From contig JAILMQ010000072.1 in the NCBI GenBank assembly GCA_024692605.1, positions 5,238 to 69,237 of the forward strand: 64,000 bases of DNA, written 5' to 3'. Every line of letters begins with the position of its first letter. The first letter of the stretch is position 1. The translations under genes were made by a program, and so were the position numbers. This document shows, in pieces, positions 1 through 9,849 of this stretch. This DNA is from Eubacterium sp. Its GTDB lineage: Bacteria > Bacillota > Clostridia > Lachnospirales > Lachnospiraceae. A model generated the notes under the pieces. It was not told the origin of the DNA and did not search any database. It saw only the letters and a list, made by a program, of their open reading frames with translations.

Positions 1-257
1 ATATGTTCAATTCTCAAATTAGCATCCTTGTAATCATCAATCATATTTATAAAACTGATCTTGTTTCCGGGATACCTATCTACTAATGTCTTAACATCAT
101 CAATTGATTTTTCGGAAAAATCCCCGGGAGTCATGACTACAAAATTGTAATTAGTGCCCTCATTCTTATTCTCAAGTGCAGAAAATATTGTGACCATTAA
201 TGGAATTTTATAATTTTCATCTGACGCTAGAGCTACGTTATAAATCTTATCACTCAT
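1..257 (-). CDS. Glycosyltransferase family 8 protein, N-terminal part (runs off window)
   Basis: Not in the ORF track. Manual translation from ATG 257 gives MSDKIYNVALASDENYKIPLMVTIFSALENKNEGTNYNFVVM..., open to the window edge. The A-x-D-x-N-Y start matches GT8. SD-like AGGTG lies upstream. Confidence 0.75.
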   Translation of the reverse strand, partial: MSDKIYNVALASDENYKIPLMVTIFSALENKNEGTNYNFVVMTPGDFSEKSIDDVKTLVDRYPGNKISFINMIDDYKDANLRIEH

Positions 258-271
258 ATTAATTCACCTAA

Positions 272-1510
272 TTATTTAGCTTTCTCACCTTTTAATAATG
301 CCTTCAAGTGTCTAGGAACCCAAGTTACTATTCGACCAAATTTGAAAGAAACCGAATTCTTAATATTCTTTATATCATTTTCAAGATATCCTATCTTTCT
401 TTCCGCTCTTTCTTTTTCCTTTATTGTTCTATTTAAATCTTTTGTTGTAAATCTATGTTCTTCACTCTCATGTCTGAGTCTTGCAACGGTTACTGCTTCA
501 CGTTGAAGATATAGATTACCAAGCCATCTACTGAAAACCTCAGGACTATCTTCGTGAAGTCTCCTGGCTGCCTCATTATGGAAGTTGATCAGATAAAAAT
601 CTTCATCTTCTCTATGAGTGATACACATTTTATCAAGATTACCATCTTGAAGATATAGAAGGCCTTCTTTAAATGTTTCCCAATCTCCGGTATTTCCAAG
701 AAGATATATGACACTTTCCAAAGCTCTGTTTGCGAAACTTCTTTCTGGAAAGGCGTCTCTTGCCTTTAAATCTTCAGCTGCATCAACCCATGTTTTCAAT
801 GCATTCAGAAGGCCCTTTGAAACAGTTGATACAAGACCGGAATCTTTCCTTCTATAACATACCAATGGTTTTCTAACTAAAGTGATAGTTTCTGCAAGAC
901 ATAAATTCATTACTACAAAATAAACGTCATTTGCATTTCTTATCTCTTTGAATTTAACACCTGTGCCTTCAACAAATTCCTTTTTGAACATTTTGTTCCA
1001 GGGCGCTTCTACTGTAATGGGAAGAACACTGTCAGGTGCTGTTTTTCTATTAAAAGGAACCTCTTCCGGTACATCCTTCGGTCTCAGATATCTTGGATTA
1101 GGAGACTCTTGCTCCAATTCTTCAAAATATCTTCTACCACCACATATGCATACATCAGCATTATCTTCTTCACACTGATTATACATATCCTCCAAAGCAG
1201 TTTCATAAAAATAATCATCTGAATCCCAAAAAACCAGATATTTTCCTTCTGCAACACTCATTCCATAGTTTCTTGCAGTGCCTGCAAATCTATGTTCCTG
1301 CTCAAGTACTTTAACTCTGGAATCCTTGCTTTCATATTCTTTAAGTATTTCCAGACTTCCATCATCAGAACCATCATCTACACAGATAATCTGGATATCT
1401 TTAAGTGTCTGGTTTATAACACTGTCCAGACATTGCCTGATATATGGTTCTACATTATATACAGGCATAATCACAGATACTTTTACTCTTTCAGTATTAG
1501 CTTCATCCAT
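272..1510 (-). CDS. GT2 glycosyltransferase with C-terminal coiled coil and amphipathic tail
   Basis: VSVIMPVYNVE, CVDDGSDD, ARNYG, FWDSDD (DxD). Ends with a coiled coil and SVSFKFGRIVTWVPR. Confidence 0.9.
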   Translation of the reverse strand: MDEANTERVKVSVIMPVYNVEPYIRQCLDSVINQTLKDIQIICVDDGSDDGSLEILKEYESKDSRVKVLEQEHRFAGTARNYGMSVAEGKYLVFWDSDDYFYETALEDMYNQCEEDNADVCICGGRRYFEELEQESPNPRYLRPKDVPEEVPFNRKTAPDSVLPITVEAPWNKMFKKEFVEGTGVKFKEIRNANDVYFVVMNLCLAETITLVRKPLVCYRRKDSGLVSTVSKGLLNALKTWVDAAEDLKARDAFPERSFANRALESVIYLLGNTGDWETFKEGLLYLQDGNLDKMCITHREDEDFYLINFHNEAARRLHEDSPEVFSRWLGNLYLQREAVTVARLRHESEEHRFTTKDLNRTIKEKERAERKIGYLENDIKNIKNSVSFKFGRIVTWVPRHLKALLKGEKAK

Positions 1511-1530
1511 TTTTCGGATTCCTCTTTTAT

Positions 1531-2343
1531 CTATATTTCAGACTTCATTTCTTCAATCGTTTCATCCAGTGCCTTGGCGAACTCTGTCGCCTTTTCCTTT
1601 GCCATGTTGTGTCTTCCGGGAACTTCTATTATGTCCCAGCCCACAGTTTTTGCACCGGCAACTGATGTTTTTGCAAATATACTGTCCTGACCATCAGCTG
1701 TAACAAAGATTTTTACAGGACATTTTATACCTCTCACAGTTTCTATATCAGGGCGGTAATGCTGTACCTCGTTTAATTCTCCATACATGAAGTTAGTCAG
1801 ATTCTTATAGGTCTGCTTCATCTGTTCCAAAGTCATTTTTTCAGCTGAAGCTTCTCCTCCTATAACTCTGGAGAATGCAGGCAGCGCCCTTTTTATCTTC
1901 TTGCTTTCCACATATCCATTCAGTTCCCTGTTCCACTCTTCAATAAGTCTTACAGATTCATCGTCATAAACAAGGGAAGGCTCCAAAAGGATAAGTCCCT
2001 TCACAAGCTCCGGAAACTTTAGAGCAAGCTCGATGGATATTAGTCCACCTGCACTGTTTCCAAATACCCAGGCAGGGCCATCTGAATACATCTTTATTAC
2101 ATTTGCAGCATCCTCAGCCTGAGCCGCTACTGTGAATTGCTGAAGAGTATCTTCTGCAGCGCTCCTAAGTTCTGCATCAGCACTATCCTCATTCTTTCCG
2201 TAGCCACGCCTGTCATATGCCATTACTTTATATTTATCTTTAAGAACATCAGCTGCCCCATCAAAGAAGGAGGCATCGCTGATTATTCCATGTACCATCA
2301 GGACTGCTTCTCCCGAACCACGTACATTTACATATAAATCCAT
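1531..2343 (-). CDS. Alpha/beta-fold hydrolase
   Basis: VLMVHG, YDRRGYG, GNSAGG nucleophile elbow, C-terminal His (PGRHN). Confidence 0.85.
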   Translation of the reverse strand: MDLYVNVRGSGEAVLMVHGIISDASFFDGAADVLKDKYKVMAYDRRGYGKNEDSADAELRSAAEDTLQQFTVAAQAEDAANVIKMYSDGPAWVFGNSAGGLISIELALKFPELVKGLILLEPSLVYDDESVRLIEEWNRELNGYVESKKIKRALPAFSRVIGGEASAEKMTLEQMKQTYKNLTNFMYGELNEVQHYRPDIETVRGIKCPVKIFVTADGQDSIFAKTSVAGAKTVGWDIIEVPGRHNMAKEKATEFAKALDETIEEMKSEI

Positions 2344-2374
2344 TTTGTCACCATGTTTTCTGATAATAAATCAC

Positions 2375-4150
2375 TTATTCACTCTTGCCCAGGGCCGCTT
2401 CTTTGGCCTCTCCCAGTCTCTCATCATATAGATAAAGATTCTTGAGAATTTCCGGAAGATCGGTATAGGAAAGCCCGTTCTTCACGGCCTCGTTATAAGC
2501 TTTTTCTGTATTATATGGTACTTTAGGATAAGTGTCAAAAATAGTATTATCCACTACAATATGCTGATCTATATCGTAAACTGCTATGTTGATTCCGGGA
2601 CTGTTAATGCTGAAATCAAACTCTCCGATATTAATCTGTGAATCTGCCTTTTCTCCGTTTCCGATGGATTCCAGATCATAATCGAAACTTCCGGGGAGAA
2701 CCCCCTTCATAATAAGAGCTTCCTCCGGATCGGAGGTGGAGTTTTCAACTATACCGTTCTTATCAATAAATCCGATATATTTTTCCTCGTCCTGAAGATC
2801 AGCTAACTTAGTAAGTCCCATCTTTCGGAACATTTCTCTCTGCGCATCATCGATTAAAGAAGCTCTGTAATTCTTAGTAGAGATAAATGTAACATACCGG
2901 TCATTTTTCGAAACCATGTTGAGATAGGTTCCAAGATATGTTATATCCTTAAGTTCAACAACCTTTTCAACCTTTTCTTTGTAGGTTGCCAGCTGTTCAT
3001 CCATGAATTCATATCCGGCTTTTCCACGAACATCCTCTACACCGCACTCATCTGCAAGGTAATCCCCAAGCCATCTGGTGAGCTTCTGTGCACCGTAATA
3101 ATTAAGATGCTTTTTATCTGTTCCATCTACAGCTGCTACGTAGCCTTCTTCTGAAAGATAAGGCTCATAGTTAAAATCAATAAATGTAAGGCCGTCTTTA
3201 TCTGCCAGCTTCTGAATAGCATTATGCTCCGCACTGTTCCAGGTTTCCGGAGACGGTGTCTTAATAAGAATAAGTTTAAGATTATTCTCTTTGCAATACT
3301 CAACTATCTTTTTGTAATATCTCTTTTCCTTCTTGGAAAGCTTCTCCGGCTTGGCACTTTCATCAACCTTGAATTCAGGAACCACTATATCACCCGGTTC
3401 CTTTCTTTTTAAGAGACTGAGAGTTCTGAGACTGAAGCCTCTCAGATAGTCTCTTGAATCATAGTTGAACTTAACAAAATCATTTCTGCCAAGTTCTTTC
3501 CATCTATCATGATAAGCAAAGATCGGCATAAGATATTCCAGAACCTTTGCCCTCCTTGCTACATTTTTATCCTCAGGATCGGCGCCTTCCACAGACTCCA
3601 GTCCTTCTTCATCTTCCTCCTGCATAACCTTCATGGAAGCATCCCAGGCTGCATCGAATTTGTTCTTTGAGAGATGCATGCCATCAAGAGATTTTTTATA
3701 GAAGGATTCGCCGATCTCTCTTCTCAGCATAGACACATCAAGCACCACTGTGTTCAGAGTTTCCGGATGAAGTCTTCTTCCTTCCTTGAGCCAGTAATAA
3801 GAGGCGAGGATAGGCTGTGCCTCGGTTGACACGGAGTATGCACAGATTCCACGGTTTTCATACATTTCCGTGCAGGATACTCCGAGAGTTGTCATACTTG
3901 CTCCTATGAAAAGGGTCTGAATAGTATTTCTGGGATTGGCATAGAAGCCTTCTGTTGTATCGTAATTAACACATTCAAAGGCATTCAGATTACTGTAATT
4001 TGCAACAGATTCCGGTGCACCGGATCTGGCACCCAGATTGTCCGTTGCCAGCCATACCGGGCGGAAGAAGAAATTAGCCGCCGCAAAAAGACCCAATAGA
4101 ATTGAGCTAAAAATAACCAGTCTTAAAATGTCCATTAAATACTTTTTCAA
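2375..4150 (-). CDS. Membrane-anchored SGNH-fold protein (putative polysaccharide O-acyltransferase/esterase) with extra C-terminal beta domain
   Basis: N-terminal TM helix, FIGAS (block I Ser), DKKHLNYYGA (DxxH). Located in a glycan locus. Confidence 0.6.
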   Translation of the reverse strand: MKKYLMDILRLVIFSSILLGLFAAANFFFRPVWLATDNLGARSGAPESVANYSNLNAFECVNYDTTEGFYANPRNTIQTLFIGASMTTLGVSCTEMYENRGICAYSVSTEAQPILASYYWLKEGRRLHPETLNTVVLDVSMLRREIGESFYKKSLDGMHLSKNKFDAAWDASMKVMQEEDEEGLESVEGADPEDKNVARRAKVLEYLMPIFAYHDRWKELGRNDFVKFNYDSRDYLRGFSLRTLSLLKRKEPGDIVVPEFKVDESAKPEKLSKKEKRYYKKIVEYCKENNLKLILIKTPSPETWNSAEHNAIQKLADKDGLTFIDFNYEPYLSEEGYVAAVDGTDKKHLNYYGAQKLTRWLGDYLADECGVEDVRGKAGYEFMDEQLATYKEKVEKVVELKDITYLGTYLNMVSKNDRYVTFISTKNYRASLIDDAQREMFRKMGLTKLADLQDEEKYIGFIDKNGIVENSTSDPEEALIMKGVLPGSFDYDLESIGNGEKADSQINIGEFDFSINSPGINIAVYDIDQHIVVDNTIFDTYPKVPYNTEKAYNEAVKNGLSYTDLPEILKNLYLYDERLGEAKEAALGKSE

Positions 4151-4153
4151 TGT

Positions 4154-5386
4154 TTACGCCTCGTAGTCATGTAACTTATCGAATTTGTCGTTAATTATAT
4201 CGTCAATTGCCTTTACTATACGTTTGCAGGCCTGTCCGTCTTCATAGCAGCCCTTGTCATCAAGAAAGGCTTCCATGTCGGACTTATATTTATCCTTATT
4301 AAAGGATTCAATACATTTTCCAAGTTCCTCATTGTTCTTTGCAATAGGAAATGGAGTTGTTTCGATTGGATAATAGAAGCCTCTTTTCTGGTCGTAGAGC
4401 TCGATATCCGGAACATAAAGCAGTATCGGTCTGCCGGAAAGCATAAAGTCATAAACCCAGCTGGAATAATCCGAAATTCCGATATCGATTCCCGGAAGCA
4501 GCTCCTGCATATCTCCAAAGAAGGAACCCTGCTTCAGCCAATCTGTCTCTACTATGTCTGAATTGCTTCTGTCCTTGTTGTGAGCCCTGACGATTATAAC
4601 ACATTCTTTATTATATTTCTTTTCGATTGATTTTTTTAGTGCTTCAAAATCAACCGGAACGTATTTAGAATCATCTTCTCTGAAGGTAGGTGCATAAAGA
4701 GCTATTATCTTATCTCCCTCTATATGGAAATAATCCTGAACAGCTTTTCTTTTTTCCTGCAGCTTTTCCTTATCAAAGAAAACATCATTTCTTGCATGTC
4801 CATATTTCAGATATGGAACATTGGGCCAGAAGGTTTCTTTAAATACATTTTCCTCAAAGGTACTATTGGTTATACAATAATCCGTTACCTTGTCGCACTT
4901 GGAAGCTCTGTTCATCCACTTCCTGTCACCACCCAGTTTCTTGATTCCAAGACTTCCGTGCCAGGTATTGAGATAATACTGTCCCTTATGCTTCTTCATT
5001 CCAAACCATACACAGTTAAGAGCATTGTCAATCCATATCTTGGAGGTTGCCATGGCGTCAAACATTTCCTTTGTCTTAAACTTAACCAGTTTAACCTCCC
5101 GTGGGAAGGACTTTCTTGCAAGTGCGGGGTTACCGATATACACCGCGTAAATCTCCACATCCTTCTTCTGCTTCAGAAGTTCCTCAATAATATATCTGGG
5201 ATTACAGCTGAAGTCCCTGTCATAGGTCATTATGAAGATCCTATTCTTCTTGATCTTTCTCTTTCTGCTATAGTAAATCTTTCTGAAGGCCCAGCCCAGC
5301 GCAGAATCAATCTTCAGTTTACTGTCCAGAAAATCATATCCCTTTCTGATTGCATTTCCCTGAACCAGATTATCAACTAAACTCAT
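4154..5386 (-). CDS. CDP-glycerol/polyol-phosphate transferase, TagB/TagF family
   Basis: NTWHGS, GHARND, LYAPTFRE, ISDYSS motifs. Confidence 0.9.
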   Translation of the reverse strand: MSLVDNLVQGNAIRKGYDFLDSKLKIDSALGWAFRKIYYSRKRKIKKNRIFIMTYDRDFSCNPRYIIEELLKQKKDVEIYAVYIGNPALARKSFPREVKLVKFKTKEMFDAMATSKIWIDNALNCVWFGMKKHKGQYYLNTWHGSLGIKKLGGDRKWMNRASKCDKVTDYCITNSTFEENVFKETFWPNVPYLKYGHARNDVFFDKEKLQEKRKAVQDYFHIEGDKIIALYAPTFREDDSKYVPVDFEALKKSIEKKYNKECVIIVRAHNKDRSNSDIVETDWLKQGSFFGDMQELLPGIDIGISDYSSWVYDFMLSGRPILLYVPDIELYDQKRGFYYPIETTPFPIAKNNEELGKCIESFNKDKYKSDMEAFLDDKGCYEDGQACKRIVKAIDDIINDKFDKLHDYEA

Positions 5387-5398
5387 AATCTCTCCCCT

Positions 5399-5427
5399 AA
5401 CCCATTGGGGTCAGACCCCTTTGGGTT
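5399..5427. repeat. 29-bp palindromic REP-like element, copy 1
   Basis: AACCCATTGGGGTCAGACCCCTTTGGGTT, between the licD-like and tagF-like genes. Confidence 0.95.
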
Positions 5428-5438
5428 GATGTTCTTTT

Positions 5439-6341
5439 TTATAATTCAAATGGTTTGTAGAACAGGTGTTTCTCCTGCTCAGTTTCTTCAGGCAGTTTCC
5501 TATAGTCACCGTAAAGTCTTGTGAGATATTTGTCATATGCCCGGGGCACACGAACCTTCATATCTCCGAAATCCATTTTTACTGTTCTGCAAAGCTCGTT
5601 TCTAAGGTACATTTCTCCCCAGAAATGTTTTCTGCCGCAGGGCACTGTCACATATTTTGACCTGTTATTATGACACAGGGCATTCCAGTTGTTTGCCAGC
5701 CTTGTCCAGAAATTGATGCTTAAAAATGAAAGGCAAAAGCCTATGGCGATTTTTATCCTGAAGGTGGTTCTTACACACTTATTCTCTTTAGCCAGCTTCA
5801 GATTTTCCTTCCTGTCACGGTAGAATTTCCGGCAGGACAGAAGGAGGCCGAGAGCCAGAGAACCAAAGCCATGAATACCTCTTAAAACAGAGTTGTTAAA
5901 TGTATTTTCTATTATAAATATATCAATAAATGCACCGCACTCGTCAGTATGATAATCCTCCCGGGTCTTAACACTGGTACCCTTCAACCTTACTCTGGAA
6001 AAAAGCAGTGCCAGATTATCAGTCTTTTCAGGGGTATGCACCCAGTACTTATCACCCATCTCCCGGGGAAAAAGCTTTGTGAATTTATTATAGTCCCGGC
6101 GAGGCATATTTATATCAATATCATCATCCCAGGGAATTATACCGTGATGGCGCACTGCACCAAGCGCACTTCCGCCACCCAGACCGTAATTAATCTTATG
6201 CTCATCACAGAATTCCACTATATCCTTCAGTATACTGTAAAGAGTCTGTTGCAGCTGACTAAGCTGTTCCTCTGTCAGTTCTATACAGTCCCCGGATTTA
6301 ATATTCTTAAATGCACTTACCGTAGAAAGACTAAATTTCAT
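5439..6341 (-). CDS. LicD-family phosphotransferase
   Basis: GGSALGAVRHHGIIPWDDDIDINMPR, FIDIF, YLTRLYGDY. Confidence 0.92.
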   Translation of the reverse strand: MKFSLSTVSAFKNIKSGDCIELTEEQLSQLQQTLYSILKDIVEFCDEHKINYGLGGGSALGAVRHHGIIPWDDDIDINMPRRDYNKFTKLFPREMGDKYWVHTPEKTDNLALLFSRVRLKGTSVKTREDYHTDECGAFIDIFIIENTFNNSVLRGIHGFGSLALGLLLSCRKFYRDRKENLKLAKENKCVRTTFRIKIAIGFCLSFLSINFWTRLANNWNALCHNNRSKYVTVPCGRKHFWGEMYLRNELCRTVKMDFGDMKVRVPRAYDKYLTRLYGDYRKLPEETEQEKHLFYKPFEL

Positions 6342-6365
6342 ACTTACCTCATATAACCCATTAGT

Positions 6366-6394
6366 AACCCATTGGGGTCAGACCCCTTTGGGTT
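6366..6394. repeat. 29-bp palindromic REP-like element, copy 2
   Basis: Identical to copy 1, and preceded by a duplicated end (TAACCCATT at 6354-6362). Confidence 0.95.
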
Positions 6395-6396
6395 GA

Positions 6397-7137
6397 TTAT
6401 TCACCAGATAATTTCATTTCTTCAGCAAACTGCTTGAAGTTTCTGTAATAGTAATCAGCTCTGAGAGTGTCCAGATCTTCAGGTGTGGTAACCTTGATAT
6501 TACTTCTTTCTCCTATGAAGAGACGAACTTCTTCTCCCAGCTCGATGAAAAGCTCACTGGAAGAAACAGGATTTGTAATTCCTCTCTTTTCAGCTTCATT
6601 GTGAGCCCAAAGAATTCTTTCCATTGTATAACCCTGTGGAGCCTGAGTGATATACATGGAGCTTCTCTTATAGCTCTTTCCACAGGTCTCACCATCATCA
6701 CTGTAGAGAAGTGAATCTATACTTGGAGTAACAGGAACTGCTGTTCCGTACTTTCTGGTAAGTTCGATGCAGTTTGTGATCAGCTGCTCGGAAAGCATTG
6801 GTCTTACACCATCACAGATTAGGATTATATCATCCGGATTCTTAGCTGCTTTTGCAGTTTCCACAACTCCGTTATGAATTGAATCAAAACCGGTTGCTCC
6901 ACCCGGTACAACTGCTCTTACCTTCTGAACGTTAAACTTTTCGATAAGCTCATTTAAATAATCTATCCAGTCCTCTTTACAAGCAATAACGATATCATCT
7001 ACATCTTTATGTTTTGCAAAATGTTCCATAGTACGGATGATTATTGGTTTTCCACCAACTACAAGGAACTGCTTTGGAAGATCGTTGGACTTCATTCTGG
7101 TTCCTACACCACCTGCAAAAAGCATCGCTGTTACCAT
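6397..7137 (-). CDS. IspD/TarI-family sugar-alcohol-phosphate cytidylyltransferase
   Basis: FAGGVGTRM, PKQFL, DGVRP, QAPQ, NIKVTTPED. Confidence 0.9.
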   Translation of the reverse strand: MVTAMLFAGGVGTRMKSNDLPKQFLVVGGKPIIIRTMEHFAKHKDVDDIVIACKEDWIDYLNELIEKFNVQKVRAVVPGGATGFDSIHNGVVETAKAAKNPDDIILICDGVRPMLSEQLITNCIELTRKYGTAVPVTPSIDSLLYSDDGETCGKSYKRSSMYITQAPQGYTMERILWAHNEAEKRGITNPVSSSELFIELGEEVRLFIGERSNIKVTTPEDLDTLRADYYYRNFKQFAEEMKLSGE

Positions 7138-7191
7138 ATCTGTTCTCCTTTTCTTTAAATGTTAGTCTTGTTCTACATTTGTCAATTCATT

Positions 7192-7220
7192 AACCCAAAG
7201 GGGTCTGACCCCAATGGGTT
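7192..7220. repeat. 29-bp palindromic REP-like element, copy 3 (inverted)
   Basis: AACCCAAAGGGGTCTGACCCCAATGGGTT, the exact reverse complement of copy 1. Overlaps the TAA stop of the WcaJ-like gene. Confidence 0.95.
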
Positions 7221-8616
7221 ACTTTTTAATCTTTTCGGAATTCATCATTCCGCCCAATATTGTTTTGAATATTATTTTTATATCCAGCCAGAGGGTCCAG
7301 TTTTCAATATACCATATGTCACATTTGATTCTTTCTGCAATACTGGTATCGCCTCTGTAACCATTTATCTGAGCCCATCCTGTAATCCCCGGACGAACCT
7401 GCTGTCTTACAAGATAAAGCGGAATTTCTTCTTTAAACTGATCAACGAAGAATGGAAGCTCCGGTCTCGGTCCCACCAGACTCATCTCACCCTTCAACAC
7501 ATTGAAGAACTGTGGCAGTTCATCCAGACTGAATTTTCTGATAAAGCTTCCGAACTTTGTTTTTCTCGGATCATTGTCTGTAGTCCAGCCTGATTCCTCG
7601 CTTTTATTTTCCTTCATACTTCTGAACTTAAGCATGGTGAAATTCTTTTTATTAAGTCCGACTCTCTTCTGTTTGAAGAGTACAGGTCCCGGTCCGCCAA
7701 AAATCTTAACACCTATTGCTACGAAAATCATCGCCGGTGAGGAAAGAATTATCAGCACCAGACTTCCTATTATATCAAATAATCTCTTAATTGTCGCGTT
7801 GAAAACATTATCCAGCGGAATTGAACGAACATTTATTATTCGGCTGTCCCCAATAACGTCTATTGTAGGCTGTGTCGGCATAAAATCATTGAAATAAGGA
7901 ATTATGCAAGGCTTGATGCCGTACTTGTCACAGGATGCAAGAATTTTCTTCATGAACTGAACCTCGTGAATCTCCAGGGCAATTACCACTTCATCAATTC
8001 CCGGCTTGTCCAGTATCTCACCAATCTCCTCATAAGCTCCAAGTCTCTTGCCCAGGCCATCTTTATCAATCTTACTTACATATCCATCAATCTTATATCC
8101 CAGTTCCGGATGACGGTTAACTCCTGCAACAAACTGTCTCGCCAGGTCACCGTCGCCCACCAGCACTATGTGTTTCTGGTTATATCCCTTCTTCCTATAG
8201 TACCTTAAGGTATATCGCAGGATTATCCTTTTCAGGATCAGAAGGAAGGACGAAAGTACAAAATAGATCATTATGGCGATACGGGAGAAGTCAACTATAC
8301 GTGTAAAATACAGGAATGCCATAAGTCCCAGAATAGAGGCAAATCCCACTTCAAGGATTTTCTCAATCTCCTTGGACATTCTCGAACGTCTCGTCACCGA
8401 ATACACATGGGCAAAATAGAAAAAGACGATTTCTACAACTGCGAAAAGAGTTGCAGCTGCAAAATAGCTTTCATTCCATGCAATCTTAAGATTTGGCTTT
8501 GCTCCGTACATTATATAGAATCTGATAAATGTAGCTATCAGATACGAAACAAAAAGAATCATTCCGTCAGTAAGTGCATTTATTAAGTTAAGTATTCGTT
8601 GATTTTCTCGAATCAT
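7219..8616 (-). CDS. Undecaprenyl-phosphate glucose phosphotransferase (WcaJ/CpsE-like priming glycosyltransferase)
   Basis: Four N-terminal TMs, KRLFDI, KFRSM, DDPR-like DNDPR, SLDELPQ, SLVGPRP, PGITGWAQ. Confidence 0.95.
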   Translation of the reverse strand: MIRENQRILNLINALTDGMILFVSYLIATFIRFYIMYGAKPNLKIAWNESYFAAATLFAVVEIVFFYFAHVYSVTRRSRMSKEIEKILEVGFASILGLMAFLYFTRIVDFSRIAIMIYFVLSSFLLILKRIILRYTLRYYRKKGYNQKHIVLVGDGDLARQFVAGVNRHPELGYKIDGYVSKIDKDGLGKRLGAYEEIGEILDKPGIDEVVIALEIHEVQFMKKILASCDKYGIKPCIIPYFNDFMPTQPTIDVIGDSRIINVRSIPLDNVFNATIKRLFDIIGSLVLIILSSPAMIFVAIGVKIFGGPGPVLFKQKRVGLNKKNFTMLKFRSMKENKSEESGWTTDNDPRKTKFGSFIRKFSLDELPQFFNVLKGEMSLVGPRPELPFFVDQFKEEIPLYLVRQQVRPGITGWAQINGYRGDTSIAERIKCDIWYIENWTLWLDIKIIFKTILGGMMNSEKIKK

Positions 8617-8639
8617 ACTCTACCTTTCTTCTCTAAAGC

Positions 8640-8668
8640 AACCCACTGGGGTCTGACCCCTTTGGGTT
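8640..8668. repeat. 29-bp palindromic REP-like element, copy 4
   Basis: AACCCACTGGGGTCTGACCCCTTTGGGTT, directly after the TAG stop of the GT2 at 8670. Confidence 0.95.
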
Positions 8669-8669
8669 A

Positions 8670-9461
8670 CTAGAGTTTGTTGGAGTCTTCTGATTTTGTA
8701 TATAGTTTATTGATCAGCTTTGCCACAGGGGATGGCCAGAACTTGCGGAACATTTCATAATTCTCTTTTATTCTGCCACCGGCCTCCAGGGTTTTTGTAG
8801 TGGTTGAAGCCTCGTGAATTCTATGATACATCAGAGGTTTCGGAATATACACGAAGCTGCCTTTTCTACGCGAAAGCCGCTCCCATGCTTCCCAGTCTTC
8901 ACAACAGGTGAAGTGATTTTTGAATACATATTCCGGCATCCTCTTCATTACAAACATAACTGAAGGGCAGCATATGGGGTCTCCCATGGAAAGAACTCTC
9001 CGCCTTATAAATATACTTTTATAAAAGGGCTTAAACCGTAGCGGCAGAAGCATCAGCCTTTTAATCTTCAGCATCTTTACGTCTGTAGTTTTCACACCAT
9101 TTCTGATTTCTCCGTAGTCGGAAAATGTAATTATCGGCTTTGCACTTTTTGAAAGTGCTCTTACACACTCTTCCAGATATTCCGGCTCATAGGTATCATC
9201 CTGATGTGCAATGGTCGCAAGCTTTGTTTCAACCTTGCTAAGACCGAAGTTCCAATCCTGGGTAATTCCTCCCTCACCGGGATTTACAAAGAAGGGAATT
9301 TCATATTTATCAGCCATATTTTTTATAAAGAGGTTTGGCGTGGAAGTAACCATGATAATTTTGGAAGTAACCCTCTGCTTTTTAAGAGACCGGATACATT
9401 CCTCCAGATACGGACTTTCCTTATATGCACATATGACAAATGTATGACTAACCCTTTTCAT
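8670..9461 (-). CDS. GT2 glycosyltransferase
   Basis: HTFVICAYKES, DWNF, HQDD, EDWEAW, HRIH. Confidence 0.85.
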   Translation of the reverse strand: MKRVSHTFVICAYKESPYLEECIRSLKKQRVTSKIIMVTSTPNLFIKNMADKYEIPFFVNPGEGGITQDWNFGLSKVETKLATIAHQDDTYEPEYLEECVRALSKSAKPIITFSDYGEIRNGVKTTDVKMLKIKRLMLLPLRFKPFYKSIFIRRRVLSMGDPICCPSVMFVMKRMPEYVFKNHFTCCEDWEAWERLSRRKGSFVYIPKPLMYHRIHEASTTTKTLEAGGRIKENYEMFRKFWPSPVAKLINKLYTKSEDSNKL

Positions 9462-9810
9462 CTGTTTCTGGTTTATCTCCCGCTTCTTTCTTTAGGATTG
9501 CAATTTCCTGAGTAAGTTTCTTTATCTGATCTGACTGTTTACTAACTTCCATGGACAAACTGAATACTGCGAATAACAAAAGCAATATGGCAAAGAACAT
9601 CAACATATTCACCGGATCATAAATACCTAACAGCTTAGATATTTTTTCCAGAAGCTTTGGCCAGATTGAGAATACCAGGATAACAACACTAAGTGCTGAC
9701 CAGCCTAAGGCAAATCTATATTCTATTTTTCCTTTATACTGTCCATATATAATGACTATCAAGGAAATAATGATAATACCTATAATGATAATCTGAAACT
9801 TAAATGTCAT
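9448..9810 (-). CDS. DUF2304 / GacJ-like small membrane activator
   Basis: 120 aa with three hydrophobic segments, LGIYDPVN, C-terminal IKKLTQEIAIL. Adjacent to a GacI-like GT2. Confidence 0.85.
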   Translation of the reverse strand: MTFKFQIIIIGIIIISLIVIIYGQYKGKIEYRFALGWSALSVVILVFSIWPKLLEKISKLLGIYDPVNMLMFFAILLLLFAVFSLSMEVSKQSDQIKKLTQEIAILKKEAGDKPETDEKG

Positions 9811-9849
9811 TTTTAACCTCTTCGAATATTTACTATAAATCCATGTTCT

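Noticed and set aside
5399-8668. Palindromes as integron attC sites (AAC...GTT ends overlapping stops)
   Set aside because: Much shorter than known attC sites, no L boxes or extrahelical bases, mixed orientation, and no integrase in the window.
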